Assembly: GCA_900617105.1 (NCBI GenBank)
Contig: UYFQ01000001.1
Coordinates: forward strand, 124,001-188,000
DNA from: Hydrurus foetidus
Taxonomy: Eukaryota
Direction of reading: 5' to 3'
DNA length: 64,000 nt
A program made the position numbers and the translations under genes. The notes beneath the pieces were generated by a model that saw nothing but the letters and a program-made list of their open reading frames with translations, ran no database searches and had not been told where the DNA came from. Positions 33,558 through 43,150 of this stretch are shown here, in pieces; position 1 is the stretch's first letter; the number at the start of each line of letters is the position of its first letter.

Positions 33558-35033
33558 ATGACAGATAAAAAAATTGACTGGCAGCCCCTGCTAAACGAGG
33601 GGCGTCGCAAAAAGGAGTCTCAAAGTGCAGCCGGTGCCAAACCCAAAAGAAGTAGGGCTGAAACACGGACTGAAATTGAACGCGACTTTGATCGCATTCT
33701 TTTTTCGACACCTGTTAGGCGACTTGCTGACAAAACACAAGTGTTTCCACTCGACAAGAACGACAGCGTCCGAACACGCCTAACGCATTCGCACGAGGTT
33801 TCAAACCTGGCCCGTAGCATCGGTTCGGCTCTAGCTTTTAATTTTTATATCGCTTCGGGTGTAAAGAATGCGAAGCGAAATGTCCCGGCTTTACTCGCCT
33901 TGGCTGGTCTTGCACATGACCTAGGAAACCCACCATTTGGGCATCAAGGCGAAGGCGCTATACAAAGCTGGTTCGTGGATAACCAGGAAACAGTTCTGGC
34001 GAGCCTACAAGAAGAGCAACATCGCCAAGACTTCTTGAAGTTTGAAGGCAATGCGCAGGGGTTTAGGCTGCTGACCAGACTTCAGCTAATCAACGACGAC
34101 TACGGCTTAGACTTAACTCACGCGGCGCTGGCCGCATTAATGAAGTACCCGACACCGTCACATCAAGTTGATAAGACGCATGTCGCCAAGAAGAAGCACG
34201 GTTTTTTTGCCTCCGAACAACATGTGGTTAATTACGTTCATAAGAAAACAGGGCTTGCCCTAGGTGTGCGGCATCCGCTTGCGTACGTTATGGAAGCTTG
34301 CGATGACATCGCATACGTAGTGTTGGATGCGGAAGATGCCGTCAAAAAGGGGCTGGCTTCATTCTCTGACTTAATGGCTTACCTGAGGAATGCAGGCGCC
34401 AATGACCCGTTGGTTAAAAAAGTTATCGACGAAAGCTACAAGAAGCATGCAGAGTATCAGGACGCGAACCTAAAGCTATCGCCTGCTGAATTGAATGATG
34501 TATCAATGCAGAGGTTTCGTGTCTTTGCAATTGGCGCAATGGTAGGTGCTGCGACTGATGCCTTTAGAAAGTACGAAGCGGATTTTGTCGCGGGCACGGT
34601 GGCCGTACCGCTGCTTGAGATGAGCACGGCTGAAACTCTGCGGAAGACGCTCAAAAGCTTTTCGTTTATGCACGCATATAAGCATCGCTCCGTTCTCGAA
34701 GTCGAATTGCAGGGCTATAACGTCATTCGTGGGCTGATGGACTTGTTTTGGGCAGCAATTGTTGACCGCGAGGATCCGACGAAACCAGGCTCTGATCGCA
34801 AGCGACCATTCACGAAATTCGTTTACGGCCGCATTTCAGAAAACTATCGCCGAATTTTTGAAAACCCCTCTGCCACTGATAACCACCTTCCCATGAGGTA
34901 CCGTGAGTGCATTTTGCTCACCGACATGATCTCTGGCATGACAGATTCATTTGCAGTTAACTTGCACGAAGAGTTGTTGGGACTGAAGGGGGAGTTTGAT
35001 CCCAAAACCGTTTTTCAAAATGCCGTCAAATGA
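33558..35033 (+). CDS. dgt: dGTP triphosphohydrolase (HD domain)
   Basis: RDFDRILFS, RRLADKTQVF, RTRLTHSHEV, HDLGNPPFGHQGE, FEGNAQ, CDDIAY, SGMTDSFA. Confidence 0.93.
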   Translation: MTDKKIDWQPLLNEGRRKKESQSAAGAKPKRSRAETRTEIERDFDRILFSTPVRRLADKTQVFPLDKNDSVRTRLTHSHEVSNLARSIGSALAFNFYIASGVKNAKRNVPALLALAGLAHDLGNPPFGHQGEGAIQSWFVDNQETVLASLQEEQHRQDFLKFEGNAQGFRLLTRLQLINDDYGLDLTHAALAALMKYPTPSHQVDKTHVAKKKHGFFASEQHVVNYVHKKTGLALGVRHPLAYVMEACDDIAYVVLDAEDAVKKGLASFSDLMAYLRNAGANDPLVKKVIDESYKKHAEYQDANLKLSPAELNDVSMQRFRVFAIGAMVGAATDAFRKYEADFVAGTVAVPLLEMSTAETLRKTLKSFSFMHAYKHRSVLEVELQGYNVIRGLMDLFWAAIVDREDPTKPGSDRKRPFTKFVYGRISENYRRIFENPSATDNHLPMRYRECILLTDMISGMTDSFAVNLHEELLGLKGEFDPKTVFQNAVK

Positions 35034-35740
35034 CTTTCGAAAAGCGCCTTGAACGGAATCTCGGTGAGTATTTGGGACGACGAACTGTCGGGCGCCCAAA
35101 GTTAAAGGAGGCAATTGCAGAGGTTATCTCCGTGCTTCCCGATACTGTGATTTTCGGTGGAATGATTCGAGAGTTTGCGCTTGGAAATGCGCGCAGGTTT
35201 GTGTTCGATATTGATTTGGTGTCCACCGCTTCTCAATCCGAGATTGCTGTCGCCGTAGCCAAATACAGCGCTATTCGAAACAAGTTTGGTGGATTTCGCT
35301 TCGTAATTGAGAAGCAACGATTCGATGTTTGGTCGTTGCCAGACACGTGGGCATTTAGAAGCGGGTTTGCTTTTGGGGAGACGTTCTCTGACTTGTTGAC
35401 GACGAGCTTCTTTAATGTTGACGCTGCCTGCTATCACGTTGATAGAAAGGAGTTGCTTTGTTTGCCTGGATACGACCAATGGATTCGGGAAAGCATTTTG
35501 GATATCAACTTACTCCAAAACCCACACCCACCAAGCATGGTGCGTCGCGCGCTAGTTTTGATGCAAACCCGCCAACTAGGTGTTACGCGTCGTTTGGCTG
35601 AGTACATCGTCAGTCACATCGAGAGCCAAACTCTTACATGGGTTGATCAACTGCTTATGAACAAGCTTAGGGAATTCCTTGCACGTGACGGGCAGGATCA
35701 ATTCCGTTTTTCGCCACAAGCTGAATTGGTTGTGCGATAG
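35030..35740 (+). CDS. Nucleotidyltransferase of CCA-adding/poly(A) polymerase head-domain type
   Basis: FGGMIRE...DIDLV (GG..R..DxD), third Asp in RFDVW, FNVDA where the family has FTINA; ATGA overlap with dgt. Confidence 0.72.
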   Translation: MTFEKRLERNLGEYLGRRTVGRPKLKEAIAEVISVLPDTVIFGGMIREFALGNARRFVFDIDLVSTASQSEIAVAVAKYSAIRNKFGGFRFVIEKQRFDVWSLPDTWAFRSGFAFGETFSDLLTTSFFNVDAACYHVDRKELLCLPGYDQWIRESILDINLLQNPHPPSMVRRALVLMQTRQLGVTRRLAEYIVSHIESQTLTWVDQLLMNKLREFLARDGQDQFRFSPQAELVVR

Positions 35741-35788
35741 CAAGCCATAGTAAAAGTGCACTGTGCAAAGCGAACAACCAACAGCCCC

Positions 35789-35947
35789 ATGCGCCAACTT
35801 GACCTCTTTTCCGCCCTGCAATCCAGCACTGAGGGCATCGACACCGAATTCAAGTCGGCGCGCGGGGGTGCGACCAACACCCAGGGCGGCACCATGGTGT
35901 TGGGGGTGGCCGAAAAACCCACCGACCTTCACGTTTATCACACGTGA
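35789..35947 (+). pseudogene. Remnant of an AlbA_2/Schlafen-domain gene
   Basis: EGIDTEFKSARGG...NTQGGTMVLGVAE with the central helix missing and an early stop. Confidence 0.6.
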
Positions 35948-35995
35948 ATCCGGAAATCCTGAAAAAATCCATACAAATCAACAACTTGCTATCAC

Positions 35996-37453
35996 ATGGC
36001 TGCAAAACACTGGATTCCTGAGGCGCTGCGGGGCTTGGCCGAAAGCCTGGCACCGGTGCCACACGAGATCAACGAAATCGACTGGAAGGCCCGGCTGTCA
36101 GACAACAGCGCCCGGCTGGCCGAGCACTTGATGGCCTTTGCCAACCACCCCGGTGGTGGCACGCTGGTGTTTGGGGTGGACGATGATGGCGCCGCACATG
36201 GCATCACGGCTGAAGAGGTGGCTACTGCGGTGGGCACCTTGACCAATTTGGGGCGGGACGCGGTGGAGCCACCCTTGGCGCTCGACCACGCGGCGGTCGA
36301 GTTTGGCGGTAGCAATGTACTGTTGGTTCGCGTGCCAGAGCAGTCTGTCAAACCGGTGCACCGCCGGGGCAAGTCGATTGAAGAGACGTGGATTCGCTCT
36401 GGCGGCACCACGCGCAAGGCTTCGCGCCAAGAGGTCGGCGCGCTAATGTTGCACAGCTCGACGCCACGGTGGGAAGACTTGCGCGCCTCCCCCTTGGTGT
36501 CGCTGGCCGATGTGCAGCGCATGCTGGACTTGGAGTCCATTGCCAAGCTGTTGCAGCGCCCGCTGCCAGAGGATGAGCAAGACCTTGCCCGCTGGCTCAT
36601 CGACGAAAACATGATCCTGCCTGAAGGGCGCGGCTTCTACGTGACGAACTTTGGTGCGATTGCTGCGGCACGCAAGCTGGGCGATTTCCCGCCGTTGGAT
36701 CGCAAGGGCATACGTCTCATTCGCTACCGGGGCACCAACAAGGTCAACACCATTGATGAGTTGCCGGGGCAGCGCGGCTATGCGGTGGGTTTTGAGGGGT
36801 TGGTAACGCACCTGAAGCGCGTGTTGCCGCACTCCGAGGTGATTCAGCAGTCGTTACGGACGGAGGTTTCGCTGTACCCCGAGATTGCCTTGCGCGAGCT
36901 GATTGCCAACGCGCTCATCCACCAGGATTTTTCTGTAAGCGGTGCTGGGCCCATGGTCGAGATATACGATGACCGTATCGAGATAACCAACCCCGGCACA
37001 CTATTGCCCAGCAAGAAGCCAGACCGGTTGATTGGCACGACACCCGAGTCGCGCAACGAAAAGTTGGCGTCATCATTCCGCAGGTTTCGTATTTGTGAGG
37101 AGCGGGGCACTGGCTTTCAAAAGGTTATCAGCGCCATTGAGTTGTTTGGATTGCCGCCCTTGCTGCTCACCCCACATGAAAACGCCTTTCGCGTGACCAT
37201 TGGTGCCCCCAGAAAGTTTGCCGATATGGCGATTCAGGAGCGCATTGAGGCCTGCTACCAGCATGCCGTTTTGCAGTACCTTTCCAGCCAGCCTTTGACG
37301 AACACGACGCTACGCGAGCGGTTCAAGTTGCACGACAAAAACCGCAACCAAATCACCAACTTGATTAGCGATGCGGTGGATGCAGGGCGCATCAAACGCA
37401 AGGATGTTGGCAGCGGAAAGAAGTTTGCCGAATATGTGCCGTATTGGGTTTGA
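35996..37453 (+). CDS. AlbA_2 (Schlafen-like) domain + RecG-C/HATPase-like + wHTH protein
   Basis: EIDWK, AFANHPGGGTLVFGV, ALRELIANALIHQD, ITNPG, RNEKLA, EERGTG. Confidence 0.88.
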   Translation: MAAKHWIPEALRGLAESLAPVPHEINEIDWKARLSDNSARLAEHLMAFANHPGGGTLVFGVDDDGAAHGITAEEVATAVGTLTNLGRDAVEPPLALDHAAVEFGGSNVLLVRVPEQSVKPVHRRGKSIEETWIRSGGTTRKASRQEVGALMLHSSTPRWEDLRASPLVSLADVQRMLDLESIAKLLQRPLPEDEQDLARWLIDENMILPEGRGFYVTNFGAIAAARKLGDFPPLDRKGIRLIRYRGTNKVNTIDELPGQRGYAVGFEGLVTHLKRVLPHSEVIQQSLRTEVSLYPEIALRELIANALIHQDFSVSGAGPMVEIYDDRIEITNPGTLLPSKKPDRLIGTTPESRNEKLASSFRRFRICEERGTGFQKVISAIELFGLPPLLLTPHENAFRVTIGAPRKFADMAIQERIEACYQHAVLQYLSSQPLTNTTLRERFKLHDKNRNQITNLISDAVDAGRIKRKDVGSGKKFAEYVPYWV

Positions 37454-37463
37454 GTTGCACGCC

Positions 37464-38336
37464 ATGACTACGACCCCTTTCTCCCTCCGCATCTTCGTCG
37501 CCGACGGTGACCCCGACGGCCTACGTATCGTCGACAAGTCCAACTGGATCGGCAAGGCGCTGTTGTTCCCGCGTGCGCTGCTGCCGCAGGTCAAGGCCCG
37601 GCCCGAGCTGGCGCAGACCGGGGTGTACCTGCTGCTGGGGCCGCGCCCAGACGGTGAGGGCGACATGCTCTACGTGGGCGAGGGCGACCCCATCCGCCCC
37701 CGGCTGGAGAGCCACTATGCGCAAAAAGATTTCTGGACCCGCGCCATCGGCTTCACCACCACCACGGCCGGGCAGCTCAACAAGGCGCATGTGCAGTTTC
37801 TGGAGTCGCGCCTCATCGCCCTGGCCCGCGCCGCCAAGCGCATGCCGCTGGACAACGCCAACCAGCCCGCCGAGCCGTCCCTGAGCGAGGCGGACCGGGC
37901 CGACATGGAGGTCTTCCTGGGCCACATGCTGGGCATGCTGCCGGTGCTGGGTGTGCATGCGTTTGAGCAGGCATCCAAAGCCCCCGCGGCCCAGGCAGGG
38001 CCGGTGCTCTCCTGCAAAGGCAAGGGCGTGCAAGCCACGGGCTACGAGGCCAGCCAGGGCTTTGTGGTGCGCGCGGGGTCGCAAGCGGTGGCAGACGCCG
38101 TGCCCAGCATGGCGCAGCACGTGCGCGGCATGTTCGACCTGCGGCAAGAGCTGATCAGCAACGGCGTGCTGGTCATGCAGGGCGGGCTCTACCAGTTCAC
38201 ACAGGACTACACCTTCAGCGCCCCCAGCACGGCAGCAGCCGTGGTGTTGGGCCGCAGCGCCAACGGGCGGGTGGAGTGGAAGGCGGTGGATGGGCGCACG
38301 CTGAAGGAGATTCAGGCGGCGGAGGCTGCTCAGTAG
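37464..38336 (+). CDS. GIY-YIG nuclease with DUF4357-like C-terminus
   Basis: GVYLL...YVGEG, RLESH, FSAPSTAAAVVLGRSANGRVEWK. Confidence 0.87.
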   Translation: MTTTPFSLRIFVADGDPDGLRIVDKSNWIGKALLFPRALLPQVKARPELAQTGVYLLLGPRPDGEGDMLYVGEGDPIRPRLESHYAQKDFWTRAIGFTTTTAGQLNKAHVQFLESRLIALARAAKRMPLDNANQPAEPSLSEADRADMEVFLGHMLGMLPVLGVHAFEQASKAPAAQAGPVLSCKGKGVQATGYEASQGFVVRAGSQAVADAVPSMAQHVRGMFDLRQELISNGVLVMQGGLYQFTQDYTFSAPSTAAAVVLGRSANGRVEWKAVDGRTLKEIQAAEAAQ

Positions 38337-38587
38337 CCTTGCTTCTTTTTTGATAGCTGCTTGTGCAATAAATACAGGGTTTAGGGGTCAATTACAGCCT
38401 CGTTCCCTCCTCCAACGACACAGCCTTGATCTTGTGCGTCATGCCAGTGCAGCCAAAGGCCTCAAACCGATCAATGCAAATATCTCGCGCCGCAGTGGTG
38501 TCTTTCAAAAACTTGCCGAAGGTGGATTCCTGAATAACGGCTTCCAGTATTACACTAAGCGTTAACAAATACGTTAAGGAATGCGAT

Positions 38588-38869
38588 ATGGCTTTGCGTG
38601 CCAGTGACATCATCCCTATTAGTGAGGCGCGAGCCCGCCTCACGGAATTAGCCGAAGACGTGGTCGGTAGCGGGGCCGAGAAGGTGCTTACCAAAAACGG
38701 CTCCAGTTATGTCGCCCTGGTGGATGCGAAAAAGCTCGATTACTACCACGCACTGGAGCTGGAGCACGCGGGTTTGGTCTTGCTGACCGAGGCCGAAATC
38801 GCCTTGGGCCAGGTGATCGCGGGTCAACGCCTGTCATCGGCTGAGCTCGACCAGTTGCTCGCAAACTGA
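38588..38869 (+). CDS. Phd/YefM-family antitoxin
   Basis: IPISEARARLTEL, VLTKNG; overlaps the downstream toxin start. Confidence 0.88.
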   Translation: MALRASDIIPISEARARLTELAEDVVGSGAEKVLTKNGSSYVALVDAKKLDYYHALELEHAGLVLLTEAEIALGQVIAGQRLSSAELDQLLAN

Positions 38870-39264
38870 TGCCTTCGTCCGCTAAAAGGCCGGTGAACGC
38901 GCAGGTCAGCGCGGCCCCTCACTTTGCCGCCAGCCTGCAGGCCGTGCATGCTTTCATGCTTGAGCAAGACGCTGCCAGCGCCCCGGCACGGTTGGCCCAA
39001 CTCAAACGCGATTTACGCGAAATGAAAACGCTGCTGGCTTGGTCGCCCGCCAGTGGTCACCCTGCACGTTTTCTGCGTCCAAATTCGGCGCAAGCCAGCC
39101 TGCGACTGAATGGGGTGCAGCAGTTGGCGCTGACGGCGGGCTTGCCCCACCTGCGCGAATACGTGATTGGGTCGTACGTCGTCCTCTATGCCCATTCGGA
39201 CTCCGAAGTCGTGTTGCTCTCGCTCAAGCACCACAGACAACTCACTTACGTGACGCGCCAATGA
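38869..39264 (+). CDS. RelE/ParE-family toxin
   Basis: LREYVIGSYVVLY...VVLLSLKHHRQ C-terminal pattern; coupled to the antitoxin. Confidence 0.8.
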   Translation: MPSSAKRPVNAQVSAAPHFAASLQAVHAFMLEQDAASAPARLAQLKRDLREMKTLLAWSPASGHPARFLRPNSAQASLRLNGVQQLALTAGLPHLREYVIGSYVVLYAHSDSEVVLLSLKHHRQLTYVTRQ

Positions 39265-39466
39265 ATACGTCCACCGGAAATGGCCCGTGTCAAGTCAACC
39301 ACCATGGCCAACCGCTACCTATGAGGTAAAGTGGACTTCACCCGCTTTCGTAGACATATTTCAGCGTCCAGTTCGAATCTGCTCGAATGCCAACGGACGC
39401 ACTTGTTCATCTGACGAGCGGTATGCTATTGTTTGTTCCACTCTGTCCAATGTTTCCCTGCTTTTC

Positions 39467-39802
39467 ATGACCCGCCACCGCCTTTGGTTCGTTTCCCTGT
39501 TCGCCCTGTTGTTCCTACAGCAACTCGGTCTGGGGCACCGCTATGCCCATGCACAGCGGCTGGAGGGGGTGGGTTCGATATCGATATCCAGCTTTGAGTC
39601 TTCGGGCGGGCTACTTGTCCATGATTCAGGTCTTTGCGTCTTGCTTGACCATCTGGCTGCGGGTGACGGGCACTCGCCTCCTGTCCCCCTGCTGCTTGCA
39701 ATAGCCTTCCTTGCGTTCTCTTACCTCTCTGTGTTGGCGGGCAATTTCATCGCCCGCTGGGCCGCGCTGTTTCAAGCGCGTGGCCCGCCTGCTTCGCTTT
39801 AA
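39467..39802 (+). CDS. DUF2946-like leader protein ending in ARGPP
   Basis: N-terminal TM, HRYAH, HDSGLCVLLDHL, C-terminal FQARGPPASL; directly upstream of a TonB receptor. Confidence 0.7.
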   Translation: MTRHRLWFVSLFALLFLQQLGLGHRYAHAQRLEGVGSISISSFESSGGLLVHDSGLCVLLDHLAAGDGHSPPVPLLLAIAFLAFSYLSVLAGNFIARWAALFQARGPPASL

Positions 39803-39890
39803 CACCTTTCTTTTGGGATGAGCCTGAGTGCGCCGTCGGTTGACGTGCGTACCGGTTCACCCGTGTTTGACGAAGCAGGAACCTTATTCC

Positions 39891-41993
39891 ATGAAAAATA
39901 CCCTTTCCCCTACAGTTTTCCCCGTAGCTAAAAAAACCGCTTTTCTACAAATTACATCAGCGTGTGTAGCTCTTAACTTTGTAGCAATTCCCTTGGTTTC
40001 GGCCCAAAGTGTTACTACTGGGCCCGCAGCCACGTTGCACGAAGTCACCGTCACTGGCAATCCCTTGGGGGCTGCGGATTTGATAGCGCCCGCCACTGTA
40101 TTGACGGGCACAGAGCTGTTGTTACGCAAGAAAAGCAGCCTGGGCGAAACGCTGGACGGCTTGCCCGGTGTGAGCAGCACCTACTTTGGCCCCACCGCCA
40201 GCCGCCCCATCATTCGTGGGCAAGACGGCGACCGCATCCGTGTGCTTAGCAACGGCGGGGCCAGCATCGATGCTTCGGGTCTGTCGTTTGACCACGCCGT
40301 GCCGATTGACCCGTTGGTGATCGAGCGCGTCGAGGTGTTGCGCGGCCCTGGGGCTTTGCAGTACGGTGGCAGCGCGGTCGGGGGCGTGGTGAACGTCATC
40401 AACCATCGGATTCACGAAGCCGCTTTGTTTGATGAGAAAGGCGGTGTGACGGGTCGTGCCGAAGTGCGCGGCGGTGGGGCTGACAGCGAGCGTGCGGCCA
40501 GTGCGCTGCTGGAGACGGGGACGCAGAGATTCACCCTCCACGTCGATGCGTTTGACCGCAAAACCTCGGATGTGCGGGTGCCTACCAGCCTCGCCTGCGA
40601 CCCCAAAGCCACCGGCACACCGGGCATAGCGCAGCGGTTGTGCAATTCCAGCAGCAAATCCAACGGCGGCGCGGTGGGCGGCACCCTGTTTTTTGACCGA
40701 GGCTACCTGGGCGCGTCGGTAGAGACCTTTAAGAGCAACTACGGCTCGGTTGCCGAAGACACCGTGAACATCGGCATGACGCAAAACCGCTACGCGCTGC
40801 AAGGCGAGTTGCGCGGGTTTCAAGGCCCGTTCCAGTCCGTCAAAGGCCAGTGGAGCGCGGTGAACTACCAGCATACCGAGTACGAATCGGGCGTGGCAGG
40901 CACCACCTTCAACAACGCAGGCAACGATTTTCGGATGGAAGCACGGCAAACCCAAATCGGCAAACTGAGCGGCTTGGTGGGCGTGCAGGTGGAAGGCGGG
41001 CGCTTTTCAGCCACCGGCGTAGAGGCCTTCGCGCCGTACACCCGCACTGCATCCAAGGCCGTGTTTGTGTACGAGGAGCTGGGCACTGATTGGGGCAAAC
41101 TCAGCGCCGGTGCACGGTTGGAGTCTGTGCGCGTCGAGTCCCTGGGCAGCCCTGGCATCGCTCGCTTTTTTGCGGACAGCCGCAGCTTCAACCCCGGCAG
41201 CTACGCGCTGGGCGGCTTGTGGAAAGTGGCCAGCGGCTGGACGGCAACGTCCAACCTCTCGTACACCCAGCGCGCCCCCAAAGACTACGAGCTCTACGCC
41301 AACGGCCCCCATTTGGCCACCGCCGCCTACGAGCAGGGCGACCGAAACCTGGGCCTGGAGCGTTCCACCAACGTGGATGTGGGTCTGGCCTGGAAGAGCG
41401 GCCCCAACCAGTTTGGCGTGAATGCGTTCGCCAACCAGTTCAACAACTACATCAGCCTGGAATCCACCGGCACCACGGTTGACGATCTGCCCGTCTACGC
41501 CTACCGCCAAGTCAAGGCCCGCTTCACCGGCCTAGAGTCCACCGGACGCGTCCGCTTGTTGGGCGCACAGGGTCTGAGTACGGGCAGCAGCAGCACGCTC
41601 GACTTGGCCCTCAAAGCCGACCTGGTGCGAGCCACCAATGTCAGCACCAGCCAAGCCTTGCCCCGCATCGCCCCAGCCCGCGTAGGCGCAACGCTGATCT
41701 GGGGGCAGGGCACCAGCGCACAGGGCTTTAGCGCACGCCTCGGTGTCGACGTGTTCTCCGCCCAAAACCGCGTGCCCACAGGCGACCGCACGACGAGCGG
41801 CTACACCTTTGTGAACGCTTCCGCGACCTATGCGATGAAGGCAGGGGTGAGCAATCTGGTGTGGTTCGCGCGTCTGGACAACGCCTCCAACCAACTCGCC
41901 TACAGCGCCAGCTCAGTGCTGACACAGACCGCCCCGAACCGGGTGCCGCTGCCAGGGCGGGGGGTGAAGGTGGGCGTGCAGGCGACGTTCTGA
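39891..41993 (+). CDS. TonB-dependent receptor (ZnuD-like metal transporter)
   Basis: Signal peptide, EVTVTG, SRPIIRG, DHAV, VEVLRGPGALQYG, GPHLAT, terminal Phe. Confidence 0.9.
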   Translation: MKNTLSPTVFPVAKKTAFLQITSACVALNFVAIPLVSAQSVTTGPAATLHEVTVTGNPLGAADLIAPATVLTGTELLLRKKSSLGETLDGLPGVSSTYFGPTASRPIIRGQDGDRIRVLSNGGASIDASGLSFDHAVPIDPLVIERVEVLRGPGALQYGGSAVGGVVNVINHRIHEAALFDEKGGVTGRAEVRGGGADSERAASALLETGTQRFTLHVDAFDRKTSDVRVPTSLACDPKATGTPGIAQRLCNSSSKSNGGAVGGTLFFDRGYLGASVETFKSNYGSVAEDTVNIGMTQNRYALQGELRGFQGPFQSVKGQWSAVNYQHTEYESGVAGTTFNNAGNDFRMEARQTQIGKLSGLVGVQVEGGRFSATGVEAFAPYTRTASKAVFVYEELGTDWGKLSAGARLESVRVESLGSPGIARFFADSRSFNPGSYALGGLWKVASGWTATSNLSYTQRAPKDYELYANGPHLATAAYEQGDRNLGLERSTNVDVGLAWKSGPNQFGVNAFANQFNNYISLESTGTTVDDLPVYAYRQVKARFTGLESTGRVRLLGAQGLSTGSSSTLDLALKADLVRATNVSTSQALPRIAPARVGATLIWGQGTSAQGFSARLGVDVFSAQNRVPTGDRTTSGYTFVNASATYAMKAGVSNLVWFARLDNASNQLAYSASSVLTQTAPNRVPLPGRGVKVGVQATF

Positions 41994-42033
41994 GGTTTTG
42001 GTGGATGGCGCTGAATTTGAGCGGAATGACTGC

Positions 42034-42435
42034 TCAGCGCCAGTTTTCCAGCTTGCACCCGCTGGCGGCAAAGTCCTTGGTGTTGTCTGTTACCACCGTG
42101 GCATCCAGGGCCAAAGCGTGGGCGGCCAGCATGGTATCGGGCCAACCTACAGGCTTTCCTTTGATGCGGGCCGTTATCAGCAACTGGCCGCCGATTTTTG
42201 CGGCATCGCCTTTGAAAGGAAGAATGCGGTAGGCGTTCAGCATGGCAGCTGTCTCGGCTGTGGCACGCTTGCTGGCTTTGGCGTTCAAGGTTTTGTGCCA
42301 TAGCTCCATCGCGGTGATGGCGGACAGGCCTAAGTGAATTTTGGAAAACGACTTCAGTTTTGCACGGATTCGGTCATGGCCTTCTGAGCTGTTCACCACA
42401 TGCAAGATGACATTCGTGTCCAACAGATAAATCAC
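42034..42435 (-). CDS. vapC: VapC-family PIN toxin
   Basis: YLLDTNV, ITAMEL, DTMLAAHA, VTDNTKDF. Confidence 0.9.
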   Translation of the reverse strand: MIYLLDTNVILHVVNSSEGHDRIRAKLKSFSKIHLGLSAITAMELWHKTLNAKASKRATAETAAMLNAYRILPFKGDAAKIGGQLLITARIKGKPVGWPDTMLAAHALALDATVVTDNTKDFAASGCKLENWR

Positions 42436-42611
42436 AGGGTCTTGCCTTCTTTGCGCAATTCATCACCCAGTGCATCGGCGTGCTTGAAAAAGGCAACTGT
42501 CCAATGGGCGCGTTTGCGCTTAACGGGTGTTTTCTCGACCGCTGGTGGCTTAGCCGCTGCCGTTTTAGGCGGCTGTGCAAGCTGATTGATGTTCAATGTT
42601 GTGGTGTTCAT
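42432..42611 (-). CDS. Putative antitoxin for VapC
   Basis: 59-aa ORF with GGAG RBS whose stop overlaps the vapC start; no recognised fold. Confidence 0.6.
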   Translation of the reverse strand: MNTTTLNINQLAQPPKTAAAKPPAVEKTPVKRKRAHWTVAFFKHADALGDELRKEGKTL

Positions 42612-42679
42612 GGGGTGGCGCTCCTTGGTTTTGATTTTACGTGGTGGTGATGTCACCCGCTCACTGCCAAACATGAAAG

Positions 42680-43150
42680 TTAACCAAACAACCTGGGGTC
42701 AAACACAAAGGGGTTTTTCTCTGCCGCCAGCGTGATGCGGGCGTAGTCTGCGTGGGCGGGGTTGAGCAGCAGGTTGTGCTCTTGGGGTTCTACATACGAT
42801 GGCACCCACAAGCCCAGGCTCTGGCCTGATGCCAGCCACTGCATGCCCAGGCTTTGCGTGACGGCTTGGTGCTCGCGCCAATGGGCTGGCAAGCCCAGTG
42901 CAGCGGCCTCAAGCAGTGCTGCATCATCGGGTAAATCCAGCCGAAACAAGGCCATGTTTTTAGGTGTGGCACCGTTGCAATGGACGCGTTTTTCCAGCTG
43001 GCACAGCGCACGGGAGGCACCGCAGTAGACCATTTGCACAGGCCCTGCGCATCTGGTGTGCCAGCGGCCATCGCCCAGTGTGGAGCCGTAGCCCAGATTC
43101 AGCAGCGAGGTATTCGGCGCGTGGCTGATGCGCCAAACGGACAGACTCAA
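42680..43150 (-). CDS. RES-domain toxin (NAD+ phosphorylase family)
   Basis: VWRIS, GRWH, VYC...LCQLEKRVH, VPSYV, NLLLNPAH, FDPRL; TTG start overlaps the antitoxin stop. Confidence 0.88.
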   Translation of the reverse strand: MSLSVWRISHAPNTSLLNLGYGSTLGDGRWHTRCAGPVQMVYCGASRALCQLEKRVHCNGATPKNMALFRLDLPDDAALLEAAALGLPAHWREHQAVTQSLGMQWLASGQSLGLWVPSYVEPQEHNLLLNPAHADYARITLAAEKNPFVFDPRLFG

